IMG/VR virus record: IMGVR_UViG_3300023174_000045
Span: 124,001-188,000 of that record
Direction: 5' to 3' (one strand)
Length of the DNA stretch: 64,000 bases
Below, in pieces: positions 9,065 to 18,320 of this stretch. Each line of letters starts with the position of its first letter. Positions within the stretch are counted from its first letter, which is position 1. The notes under the pieces are model-generated. The model was given only the letters and a program-made list of their open reading frames with translations, did not search any database and was not told the origin of the DNA. Made by a program: the position numbers and the translations under genes.

Positions 9065-10263
9065 GAAAGTTGTACTACATGGGCCTTGAAAGTTATGAGG
9101 CCCGTTACACACTGCAACTAACTGAATGGAATCGACGTGTGTTTGAACGTCGAGGCTTGGATGTGGTATACGTACCTGGTGTCACCATTGACAACACCCA
9201 AAGCATCAGTGTTGGACAGGTGTTGGATGCGCATGGTCGCAGTTACTTTTCAATGAGCCAAATGATGAACTTGGTTCAACTCATGAAGAATGGAGAAGTC
9301 ACCAATGAAGATGTGGTCTACTTTGAAGACATGTTTCAGCCAGGTATCGAAAGTCTCCCTTACATCATGGATCAAATTGATCCTAGCCAGCGTCCCCGTG
9401 TTTATGTTCGTTGTCTTGCTCAGGCCATTGACCCTGATGATTTTGTACATGTGTGGGGCATGGCGAACTGGATGGCAACGTATGAAAAAATGGTCAACCA
9501 CTTTGTAACTGGCGTGTTAGCCACCAATGAAGAAATGGTGGCTCACATGCGTATTGCAGGTTGGACTGCTCCAATCTACAACATCTCCGGCTTGGCATTT
9601 GGCAAAGAGGAAGTGCTGGAACGCATTGGTGGTGCCAGCAACATTCGACCATTTGCAGATCGACCAAGACGAGTGGGCTTTGCGGCACGTTGGGATCAAG
9701 AGAAGCAACCAGGCTTCTTCATGGACTTGATTGAGATGTATGGTGAACTTACCACAGAGCCTTGCGAGTTTGCAATCTATTCGGGTGGCCCATTGCGTAG
9801 CAACAATCCAGAATATGTTACTAGAGCCAGGGCCATGGAAGCAGCCGGCAAACTCAAGATATACGACAACATCTCAAAGAACGAATACTATGCACATCTC
9901 AACAACACTCGTGTGTTGTTTAATTGTGCGTTACAAGATTGGGTGTCTAACACAGTTTCAGAAGCAGATACTCTGGGCTGTAATGTGTTGTATCCTGCTT
10001 ATAGATCTTTCCCCGAAACTTTTTCAAATGATCCCAACAGGCTGTATGTGCCTTGGAGCATAGATGATGCTTATCACAAAATGCAAAACCTTTTACGAGA
10101 ACCACATCACAACATGGGTCTCATATCTAACTGGACTGATGGTACTGTTGATCGCATCGTTGATATACTGCTTGGTAATGGTGAGCAGTGGAATCGTGCA
10201 GGCAATAGATATCGTGATCACGTGGCTGAAGAAAAGTATCATGTTGTAAAGGTTGAAGAATGA
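9061..10263 (+). CDS. GT-B fold glycosyltransferase (GT4-like)
   Basis: FAARWDQEKQP, QDWVSNTVSEADTLGC motif; ATGA overlap start. Confidence 0.8.
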   Translation: MRKLYYMGLESYEARYTLQLTEWNRRVFERRGLDVVYVPGVTIDNTQSISVGQVLDAHGRSYFSMSQMMNLVQLMKNGEVTNEDVVYFEDMFQPGIESLPYIMDQIDPSQRPRVYVRCLAQAIDPDDFVHVWGMANWMATYEKMVNHFVTGVLATNEEMVAHMRIAGWTAPIYNISGLAFGKEEVLERIGGASNIRPFADRPRRVGFAARWDQEKQPGFFMDLIEMYGELTTEPCEFAIYSGGPLRSNNPEYVTRARAMEAAGKLKIYDNISKNEYYAHLNNTRVLFNCALQDWVSNTVSEADTLGCNVLYPAYRSFPETFSNDPNRLYVPWSIDDAYHKMQNLLREPHHNMGLISNWTDGTVDRIVDILLGNGEQWNRAGNRYRDHVAEEKYHVVKVEE

Positions 10264-10454
10264 TTAACGAACACTTCAAAAATCAAATAGAGCAAGGTGC
10301 TACTACTATGTTTTTCTATGGCTTAGAATCAGGGTCGGGCCCGTTTAAAATTAATATCACAAATCACAAAGATACATTGGACACATTTCCAACTAACTTA
10401 GAGTTTGTTAGAATGCTGAGTGAAAGTATGCCATTATTCAAGGAAATCGAATGA
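10260..10454 (+). CDS. Hypothetical protein
   Basis: Coupled to both neighbours. Confidence 0.6.
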   Translation: MINEHFKNQIEQGATTMFFYGLESGSGPFKINITNHKDTLDTFPTNLEFVRMLSESMPLFKEIE

Positions 10455-11410
10455 GCACAGTAGTTGTCACAGGCATCTCAGGATTCATAGGTGGCCAAAC
10501 TGCACTGCTGTTGAAAGACGCAGGCGAACGTGTGATTGGCATTGATCGCCACCCACTGCCAGCACACCTCAAAGGTGTGTGTGATCGATTTGTGCAGGAA
10601 GATTTTTCCAGCAAACACGCACTCAGTGTGATTGTGCAAGAACTCCCTGACGCCATTGTACACTGTGCCGGTGCCAGCCTGGTTGGTCCCAGCATGAAGG
10701 ATCCAGCCTTGTACTACCAAAACAATGTGGTAGACACATTTGAATTGTTGGAAATTGTTCGCCGGGCGTTACCAAAAACCAAGATTATCTTCAGTAGCAG
10801 TGCAGCCACATACGGTGAGCCTGTGATGTTGCCTGTACACGAAGTTGATCCTGCTGAACCTGTGTCACCATATGGTCAAAGCAAACTCATGGTGGACATG
10901 ATGTTGGAATCATATCATCGTGCCTATGATCTCAACTGTGTGAGTTTTCGTTATTTCAATGCCTGTGGTGCTGATCCAAAGAAGCGGCATGGTCAAGCAC
11001 CGGGTGCCACACACATCATTGCCAGAGTGTTGGAAGCCCTTAGAGATGACAGCGAGTTCACGTTAAATGGTGTAGACTTTCCCACCCCGGATGGTACTTG
11101 TGTGAGAGACTACGTGCATGTGGAAGACATAGCACGAGCACACAGCCTGGCTATCTATCATGACATTGCCTCAGGTGTGTATAATCTAGGCTCCAACAAC
11201 GGAACCAGCAATCGAGAAATCATTGCCGCAGCCGAGCGTGTGACTGGACGGAAATTGAAAGTGATTATGGGTACAGCCAGGCCGGGTGATCCTGCTGTGC
11301 TCACTGCCAGTGCTGCCAAGTTTGGCCGGGTTGGGGAAGGTTGGCGACAGTTTGAACTGGATGACATGATTCAACACGCCTGGAACTGGTATGTTCGAAA
11401 AGATACTTGA
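10451..11410 (+). CDS. galE: UDP-glucose 4-epimerase-like SDR
   Basis: TGISGFIG, SSSAATYG, YGQSK, RYFNACG, RDYVHV. Confidence 0.88.
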   Translation: MSTVVVTGISGFIGGQTALLLKDAGERVIGIDRHPLPAHLKGVCDRFVQEDFSSKHALSVIVQELPDAIVHCAGASLVGPSMKDPALYYQNNVVDTFELLEIVRRALPKTKIIFSSSAATYGEPVMLPVHEVDPAEPVSPYGQSKLMVDMMLESYHRAYDLNCVSFRYFNACGADPKKRHGQAPGATHIIARVLEALRDDSEFTLNGVDFPTPDGTCVRDYVHVEDIARAHSLAIYHDIASGVYNLGSNNGTSNREIIAAAERVTGRKLKVIMGTARPGDPAVLTASAAKFGRVGEGWRQFELDDMIQHAWNWYVRKDT

Positions 11411-11981
11411 GTTTGAAACAGCCGTGGTCCAGTTCACTGGTGCGCCATATGCTGTGATGACTGACTGTTGTACCCATGCCATTGAATTGTGCATGCGGTA
11501 TGACCGGGTGGAGTTTTGTGCATTCACCCCATTTACCTATTTGAGCATACCCATGCTCATGCACAAGTTAGGTATCAAATATGCGTACGAAGTAGGTGAT
11601 CCTGCTCAATGGGTAGGCGAATATCGGTTTAGAAAAACACGAATCTGGGACAGTGCTCGACGCTTAGAACGCAACATGTATCGACCAGGACAGATACAAT
11701 GCGTGAGTTTTGGATATGACAAACCCTTGCCTATTGGGCGTGGCGGTGCAATATTGTTGGATGATGCTGAAGCTTATCACAACTTGTTGGCCATGCGTTA
11801 CGATGGACGAGATTTAACTGCATCGCCCTGGGTCTCACAACAAACTTTTAAGGTCGGATATCATTATCGACCTACAATAGAAGAAGCTGAACGTGGATTG
11901 GAGTTGTTAAATCAATACACCAGCCAACCACCAAGACAGATAGTTTATCCAGACTGCAGACAAATTATTATTATAGATTGA
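11391..11981 (+). CDS. DegT/DnrJ-type sugar aminotransferase (short)
   Basis: CCTHAIEL, WDSA, SFGYDKPL..GRGG with PLP Lys. Confidence 0.75.
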   Translation: MFEKILEFETAVVQFTGAPYAVMTDCCTHAIELCMRYDRVEFCAFTPFTYLSIPMLMHKLGIKYAYEVGDPAQWVGEYRFRKTRIWDSARRLERNMYRPGQIQCVSFGYDKPLPIGRGGAILLDDAEAYHNLLAMRYDGRDLTASPWVSQQTFKVGYHYRPTIEEAERGLELLNQYTSQPPRQIVYPDCRQIIIID

Positions 11982-12006
11982 CAACACAATCTAAATACTG
12001 TACAAT
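11978..12006 (+). promoter_or_regulatory. sigma70-type promoter for folE
   Basis: TTGACA-17-TACAAT. Confidence 0.7.
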
Positions 12007-12024
12007 TATGTATTGGAGAAATAA

Positions 12025-12765
12025 ATGGGCTACGACAAAGTATATATTAGCAACGACGAAGAAACTGTGAATACCAGCAAAAATTTATCACAAATACTTA
12101 GAGAACAAATGAAAGCCCGAGGTCAACGCTTCTGGGCTGGCGACAACATCAGCGATTACATGAGCGAAGCAGTGAAAGAAAAACTCATTGACGAAGCCAC
12201 AGTGGCATTTGAAGGTGTGTTAGATGCGTTACTAATTGACAGAGAAAACGATCCAAACTCAAAAGGCACAGCACGGCGCCTGGCTAAAATGTACTACAAC
12301 GAAATAATGGCAGGAAGATATGAACCAGCACCAGACGCAACAGCATTTCCAAATGATTCAGCAGACCGTTATGAAGGCATGCTGGTTGTACGCAGTGAAC
12401 TTCGCAGTATGTGCAGTCATCATCATCAACCAGTTAGTGGGGTCGCCTATATTGGAATCATCGCTGCCAACAAGCTCATTGGTCTATCTAAGTATACTCG
12501 CATTGCTCAATGGTGTGCTAGGCGTGGTACTTTACAGGAAGAACTGTGCATAGACATTGCCAATGAAATCATGGCAGCAACTGCGTCAAAGGATGTTGGT
12601 GTGTACATTCAGGCAGTGCATGGATGCTGTGAAAACCGTGGCATTATGGCACATAGTTCGTTGACACAGACCACTGTGTTGCGAGGTGCGTTTAAAACGG
12701 ATGACAGTGTTAAAAAAGAGTTCATGGACAATATTAAATTGCAACAAGAGTTTGCACCTCGCTGA
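12025..12765 (+). CDS. folE: GTP cyclohydrolase I
   Basis: SMCSHH, GLSK..R, LQE, HGCC..RG. Confidence 0.95.
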   Translation: MGYDKVYISNDEETVNTSKNLSQILREQMKARGQRFWAGDNISDYMSEAVKEKLIDEATVAFEGVLDALLIDRENDPNSKGTARRLAKMYYNEIMAGRYEPAPDATAFPNDSADRYEGMLVVRSELRSMCSHHHQPVSGVAYIGIIAANKLIGLSKYTRIAQWCARRGTLQEELCIDIANEIMAATASKDVGVYIQAVHGCCENRGIMAHSSLTQTTVLRGAFKTDDSVKKEFMDNIKLQQEFAPR

Positions 12766-12772
12766 TAAAAAA

Positions 12773-12828
12773 GTAGTACTTGAGTGCTACTTTTTAAGAT
12801 TGACTTCAAATTGATAATTTGTTACAAT
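12773..12828 (+). promoter_or_regulatory. 8-2-8 palindrome plus sigma70 promoter
   Basis: GTAGTACT-TG-AGTGCTAC then TTGACT-17-TACAAT. Confidence 0.7.
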
Positions 12829-12862
12829 AGGCATATTAATTGTAACTTTAGGTATTGCTGTC

Positions 12863-15304
12863 ATGAAGAGAATCGTGCTCTGGATTTCGATGTCTGGGAT
12901 TGTTGTTGCTGTGACCGCCTGTAGCGGCGGCGGCGGTTCGTCAGTCACAGTCAAAAGTGATCCGTACATAAGTACTCCCAATCTTTATGTTAGAACCGAA
13001 GTTCCATACTCGACTCCGGTATTACAGGCTGTGGTTGATCCCTTGGTCAATGTGGTTGACAACGGATATAAATGGGCTGTAGCTGATACGTTTGCCGCAG
13101 ATATTGCCGGCACTGGCGGGCAAGACTTGATCATTGCTGGTCGTATGACACAACCTACTCCAGTGTCTGATTGGGGCAACTTTCGACTCAGTATGTTGAC
13201 CTGGCAAAACAATAAGTTGGTTGATCGAACTGCTCAATGGTTTCCGAACGATACCAATATTATACTAGGGTCTGAACCCAGTGTAAAGTTTGCGGACTTT
13301 TTTAAAACTGGACGCAACGATATGTTTCTGAACACTGGCACCGACATGCAACATTACGGTCCCACTTATTTTTACCGCAACACTGGCACCAGTTTTGAGA
13401 GACAAGTTTTAACCACAGCAAATATTTGGTCACATGATTCAGCCATTGGCGACCTCAACGGTGATGGTTACACTGATATTGCCATCATTGATTATGGTCC
13501 CAACGCTACATTAGCGTTCAACAACAAAGTCAGCGGATTCAATGTGTACACACAAGATCCAACTAACATGCAACTGCACACTGGTAGTAGTGTGGCCATT
13601 GGTGATTTTATGGGCACTGGTCAAGGGCAATTGGTAGTCACAGATGCTCGTGCCAATGTTGGAACAAATCCCACAAAGTTATATTCATGGGCAATTGACT
13701 CAGGAAACAAACTAAATTTCACCGAAGTCAGCACCTTACCTACTCCCAGATTTGAGTTACCAAAATGGGCAGGCCATGGGTTCGCGCCCGGCAGTCATAA
13801 TGTACGGGCAGTGACGTATGATTTCAATGATGACAAAATCCCTGATGTGTTGATTTTTAGTAGACCCGGATTAGGTACTGTCAACTACAAGTACAGTGAG
13901 ATACAGTTTTTAAAGAATGATGGCAAAGGTACATTTTCTGATGTAACAGATACTGTGCTGGTAGGATATGACACCAACACCTATGTTTGTTATAATCCAA
14001 AATTTCTAGATCTCAACGGTGATGGTCGAGAAGACATATTGGTCGGCGGTTCGGACTGGACTGGTGTTAACAACAGCACACAATTTTTGTTGAAAAGTTC
14101 TGATGGCAAATATGTGGCTGCATATCAAAATATCATGACTGATTTTGCCACACAGGTCAACACTATCCAAGGCGCAGAGAATGTGGGCAATACTGTGAAT
14201 CTGCTGAAGGCACCCAATGGCAAACTGTACTTGGTCAGTGCGGTGAGTTTTATCAATCAAGCCAATGATCGACAGTTAGCGATATACATGAGCGAATTAG
14301 GCAGTCAGTCAGTGACAACTGCGCAAACAGCCATTAATTTAATATTGCAAAAATGGCCATACATGACTGTACCACAGGCCAATGCTGTGCTGGCCCAGAC
14401 CAGTGCCAAGTATCTTGGTGGCAATGTAATTGATTACGATGCATTATGGACACCGTCGGGCACACTTAGTTTAACCACTGCCGGTGGTATCAAGTCCATA
14501 TCTGGTTACATCAGTGGAGTGAACTTTGGTTCAACCGAATCAGTGGTAACTGACAACTTAAAACGATCTTTTACTGTGAATCTTGGATCCATGCATGTTG
14601 ATCGGCCAAGTGCGTTCAGTCAAAGTGTGGGATTCACCGAACAAGACACGTTGACCAGTCAAGCCGAATATTTAATCAACGGTCCGGTTGCTAATTTTGG
14701 TGACATAAGAGTAGGATCTAACTACAACACTCAAACTTCAAGTACCAGTCAATTGCAATATACCCTGGGCATACCCAACTACTATCAAAAGGGCAATTTT
14801 TCATTAGGAGCACAATACACACACTTGAATTCCAATCCCTGGATTAATTTTACCGGAGCATGGGGTGAAATCACTGGTAGCAGTATATTAGACAATGTAT
14901 TGACTTATCGCAAAAATGGATTTTCTGCACAGGCCAGTTTGATGTATGTGGCCACCAGCATTGACCCTGGCTTGGTTACCAAAGTCAGTCCTATGTTGGC
15001 TGCCTGGACAGAGGTTGGATACAAAACTGATCCTGAATCACCAATGGGAAATACCGGAGTGTACTTTGGCATCAAACCGGTAACATTGAGTGGTCATGTA
15101 AGTGCTAAAATACCAACAAGTGTTGACATGTCAGGCAATATTGTGTATACTAACAAGAAGTTAACTGTACAGGATCAGGTCATCGGCTATGCAAGAATTA
15201 CATATACCAATCAACTGAGTCGACACAGTCAATTTAAAGTTTCTGCAATGGGCACCGCAACAGGTGAGTACAAAATGGTAAATGAACTTAAACTTCAATT
15301 TTGA
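12863..15304 (+). CDS. FG-GAP/VCBS-repeat lipoprotein with probable C-terminal beta-barrel
   Basis: Lipobox VTAC; repeats GDLNGDGYTDI, DFNDDKIPDV, DLNGDGREDI; C-terminal Phe. Confidence 0.75.
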   Translation: MKRIVLWISMSGIVVAVTACSGGGGSSVTVKSDPYISTPNLYVRTEVPYSTPVLQAVVDPLVNVVDNGYKWAVADTFAADIAGTGGQDLIIAGRMTQPTPVSDWGNFRLSMLTWQNNKLVDRTAQWFPNDTNIILGSEPSVKFADFFKTGRNDMFLNTGTDMQHYGPTYFYRNTGTSFERQVLTTANIWSHDSAIGDLNGDGYTDIAIIDYGPNATLAFNNKVSGFNVYTQDPTNMQLHTGSSVAIGDFMGTGQGQLVVTDARANVGTNPTKLYSWAIDSGNKLNFTEVSTLPTPRFELPKWAGHGFAPGSHNVRAVTYDFNDDKIPDVLIFSRPGLGTVNYKYSEIQFLKNDGKGTFSDVTDTVLVGYDTNTYVCYNPKFLDLNGDGREDILVGGSDWTGVNNSTQFLLKSSDGKYVAAYQNIMTDFATQVNTIQGAENVGNTVNLLKAPNGKLYLVSAVSFINQANDRQLAIYMSELGSQSVTTAQTAINLILQKWPYMTVPQANAVLAQTSAKYLGGNVIDYDALWTPSGTLSLTTAGGIKSISGYISGVNFGSTESVVTDNLKRSFTVNLGSMHVDRPSAFSQSVGFTEQDTLTSQAEYLINGPVANFGDIRVGSNYNTQTSSTSQLQYTLGIPNYYQKGNFSLGAQYTHLNSNPWINFTGAWGEITGSSILDNVLTYRKNGFSAQASLMYVATSIDPGLVTKVSPMLAAWTEVGYKTDPESPMGNTGVYFGIKPVTLSGHVSAKIPTSVDMSGNIVYTNKKLTVQDQVIGYARITYTNQLSRHSQFKVSAMGTATGEYKMVNELKLQF

Positions 15305-15321
15305 TAACTTGGGAGAAAATT

Positions 15322-15435
15322 ATGTACATTACGAACATCACAGGTGAAATAAAATTGCCCTGGGAACCAGGGTTGTTGGAGTGGTTGCAGGAACACTATC
15401 CTGCTTCCAAATATAGAGTGGTAGAATTAACTTAA
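15322..15435 (+). CDS. 37-aa hypothetical protein
   Basis: SD GGAG; MYITNITGEIKLPW..., below track cutoff. Confidence 0.55.
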   Translation: MYITNITGEIKLPWEPGLLEWLQEHYPASKYRVVELT

Positions 15436-15445
15436 AGGAAAAATC

Positions 15446-15649
15446 ATGGCTACAAAGAAAATTACCAAACTCAGCGACAAGCTGGACAAAGTAAATGAAT
15501 CATTTACTGTTAATATGTACGACAATGGCTTCATGATTGAAGTTGGTGGTCGCAAAGACGACGACTGGCGCACAGCCAAAATCATGGTACCTACCATTGA
15601 AGAATTGGTTGTGTTGATCAAAGAAGCAGCCGAAATGGAACGCGATTAA
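15446..15649 (+). CDS. Hypothetical protein
   Basis: SD AAGGA. Confidence 0.75.
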   Translation: MATKKITKLSDKLDKVNESFTVNMYDNGFMIEVGGRKDDDWRTAKIMVPTIEELVVLIKEAAEMERD

Positions 15650-15662
15650 TCAGGAGTAGACT

Positions 15663-16079
15663 ATGGCCACTTGGAAACTCAGTACCCAATACAAAAAGTC
15701 TGCTGTTGAACGGTCTATCTGGACCAAAGATGGAGTCACTGTTGTACGTGAAGAAGGTTACCGCTGGGGCACCTTCTATTGCGAAATCGATGAAAAACCT
15801 GACATTGATTTAAAAAATCCCGACGGCTACGAAGTCGGCGGCGACTATGACTGGGAACTAGAAAGCCTGGATGATGGTTGCTGGGCCGACTGGGAGTTTC
15901 CAGATGGCATGAGTGATGAAGAGCGCGAAGCCATTGAAACAGCATGGGACGAAAACTGGTACGAAGGCATGGAAGAATTGGGTTGGTCAAACGACGACAC
16001 TGAATATCATTTCCATGGACCACTGCGTTTAGAAAATGAAGACACCGGCGAAGTATTTCAAGGAGAACCTGATGCCTAA
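15663..16079 (+). CDS. Acidic hypothetical protein
   Basis: SD AGGAG. Confidence 0.75.
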   Translation: MATWKLSTQYKKSAVERSIWTKDGVTVVREEGYRWGTFYCEIDEKPDIDLKNPDGYEVGGDYDWELESLDDGCWADWEFPDGMSDEEREAIETAWDENWYEGMEELGWSNDDTEYHFHGPLRLENEDTGEVFQGEPDA

Positions 16080-16257
16080 GAAAAAATCAAAAATAGAACT
16101 CTACGCAGAAGCACCTTATATCCAAGGTTATAATTCAGCCCAGGCAGGAGAAGATTTCTTCAATCCATATGCCGACGTTGAAAATGCCGAAGCTGATGCC
16201 GATGACTACCATCGCGGCTATGACAATGCTGTAGAAGAAATTGAAGTTGAGCAATGA
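16072..16257 (+). CDS. Small protein with Rmf-like pattern
   Basis: YIQGY.SA.AG....NPY...DYHRGY. Confidence 0.45.
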   Translation: MPKKKSKIELYAEAPYIQGYNSAQAGEDFFNPYADVENAEADADDYHRGYDNAVEEIEVEQ

Positions 16258-17297
16258 GTGTATGGACTGATTGGGATCCATTGGAAGAAGTCATAGTAGG
16301 CAACTGCTATTCTCCTGGTGCTCTCAATTGGTTTGTTGAACCCGCATTACAACACAAGTTCAACAACATACTAACGGAAACCAAACAAGATCTCAATAAT
16401 CTAGCAGTGTTATTGCAAGGACTGGGTGTACAGGTACACCGTCCGCAAGTACATGCCAGTACACACAGTGTAGATTTAGCAACATTCTCAGTACCATGCC
16501 CTACCAGTCCAATGGTGCCAAGAGATCAATATCTAGTGTATGGCGATACAGTGTATCAAACCTATACCAGCATGAATGACAGGTATTTTGACAGTCTCGG
16601 CTATTATAATATCTTTCAAGGATTATTTGATCAAGGGCATAACTGGATCAGTCAGCCGCCACCTAATCTTCGCAACTTACCTGCTGATAAAAATTGGAGC
16701 AATCAAGGATCGCTAATTTACAATCACTTGTATCACAATCAACTGTTGTGGCACACTGCTACCATGTTCAAGTGTGGCGATAGACTGATTACCAATACCA
16801 CAGGCCCAGGCACTCAATCTGGGCTAGAATGGATGCGCAGAAACTTGCCTGCAGACACCGTGGTAGAAAATACTAGTACCGCCATGCACAACTGGGGACA
16901 CATTGATCATGGATTTTTCATGATTGACGATGACACAGTGATCTGTGTTGATCGTGAGTTTGTTCCTGAATGTTTGCGTGACAAAACTGTGCATGAGGTA
17001 TATCAGTATCTTCCCAAGGAAAGTATTGATCCTGCTACACCGATAGACCGACTGCTTGATCCCAGCAAAGGATACGAACAGGTTGTGGCGTTTGATACCA
17101 ATGTATTGGTAGTTGATTCGCACAATATTGTGTTTGACAACAACATGCCCGAACTGTTTGAGTTCTTGGCAACACTTAGTGTAAAATGTTATGTAGCACC
17201 GCTGAGACACAGAAAGTTTTGGGCTTCAGGAATACATTGTTCAACCTTGGATATTCGACGCCGTGGTCAAAAAAGAAAGATTATCAATGAAGTATGA
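16254..17297 (+). CDS. Amidinotransferase (pentein family)
   Basis: WDPLEEVIVG, PRD, HIDH, GIHCSTLD with catalytic Cys. Confidence 0.85.
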   Translation: MSVWTDWDPLEEVIVGNCYSPGALNWFVEPALQHKFNNILTETKQDLNNLAVLLQGLGVQVHRPQVHASTHSVDLATFSVPCPTSPMVPRDQYLVYGDTVYQTYTSMNDRYFDSLGYYNIFQGLFDQGHNWISQPPPNLRNLPADKNWSNQGSLIYNHLYHNQLLWHTATMFKCGDRLITNTTGPGTQSGLEWMRRNLPADTVVENTSTAMHNWGHIDHGFFMIDDDTVICVDREFVPECLRDKTVHEVYQYLPKESIDPATPIDRLLDPSKGYEQVVAFDTNVLVVDSHNIVFDNNMPELFEFLATLSVKCYVAPLRHRKFWASGIHCSTLDIRRRGQKRKIINEV

Positions 17298-17688
17298 AAC
17301 ACTAGAAGAAGCGCAGGCAGCAGGTGTTGCGCCTTGGGACCTCAAGATTGGAGAATATAGCGACTACCATGTCTCTGTGTTCCAAGATCGATATCCTGTG
17401 GCTCGTGGACATTTGTTGTTTGTGCCGCAATACAATACAGATGAAGTGATAACAGACTGCTTTGAATCAGCCATGCGGCATGGTCGTAGACTGGTACGAG
17501 ATGGAGAATGTGATGCATTCAACATTGGCATCAACATGGGCGAGGCCGCTGGCCAAACTGTGATGTATCCACATGTGCATTTGATTCCCCGACGCCATGG
17601 CGACTGTGCTGATCCTGTGGGCGGTATACGTGGAGTCGTATTTGGACAAGCCAACTACAAAGCCGCAGGCTATCAACAGCCAGCATAA
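17287..17688 (+). CDS. HIT-family nucleotide hydrolase
   Basis: AGQTVMYPHVHLIPR. Confidence 0.85.
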   Translation: MKYETLEEAQAAGVAPWDLKIGEYSDYHVSVFQDRYPVARGHLLFVPQYNTDEVITDCFESAMRHGRRLVRDGECDAFNIGINMGEAAGQTVMYPHVHLIPRRHGDCADPVGGIRGVVFGQANYKAAGYQQPA

Positions 17689-17699
17689 GTATTTCTTTA

Positions 17700-17763
17700 A
17701 GCGGTCTTTGAGCATCATCCCGCTATACAAATTCTGCTGCCTATGCTAAAATTAACATAGGAG
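17700..17763 (+). promoter_or_regulatory. preQ1-I-like riboswitch candidate with SD-sequestering hairpin
   Basis: AGCGG/CCGCT stem, loop ending in C, ATACAAA tail, AGCA/TGCT pseudoknot, CCTATG/CATAGG over SD. Confidence 0.6.
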
Positions 17764-17770
17764 AAAAAGC

Positions 17771-18268
17771 ATGTCACCAGTAACATACAAATACACATCA
17801 ACCAAAGAATATCACGATGCATTTCCATGCGCATATCGGCAGTGGCGAGCAGACAGCCATTGTAATTTGATACACGGCTATTCGTTTAGTATGAAGTTTT
17901 ATTTTGGCACTGACAACTTAGACGCACGTAACTGGGCCGCTGACTATGGCGGCTTAAAAGAACTCAAAGGTGTGTTGGAAAGTCAATTTGATCATACATT
18001 GCTAGTGGCCGAAGACGATCCTGAACTAGAATTGTATTTAGAAATGCAAAACAAAAACATTGCCAAGTTGACTATATTACCTAAACTAGGATGCGAAGGA
18101 CTTGCTGATCAGCTGTACAAATATGTCAACGGCGTTTACATTCCTGACTTTTGGGGCCCAGGTGAAGCTGAACGTCTTTGGTGCTATCGTGTAGAGGTGC
18201 GTGAAACACAAAGTAACATGGCTTTCCGAGAAGGTCATAGAGAATGGAACGAAGATTTATTTGTGTGA
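17771..18268 (+). CDS. queD: 6-carboxytetrahydropterin synthase
   Basis: HCNLIHGY, FDH, GCEGLA, VEVRET. Confidence 0.9.
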   Translation: MSPVTYKYTSTKEYHDAFPCAYRQWRADSHCNLIHGYSFSMKFYFGTDNLDARNWAADYGGLKELKGVLESQFDHTLLVAEDDPELELYLEMQNKNIAKLTILPKLGCEGLADQLYKYVNGVYIPDFWGPGEAERLWCYRVEVRETQSNMAFREGHREWNEDLFV

Positions 18269-18320
18269 CACTGTAGCTGGCAAATTTTAATATACCCACA
18301 TTTAACAACTATATAATGCC

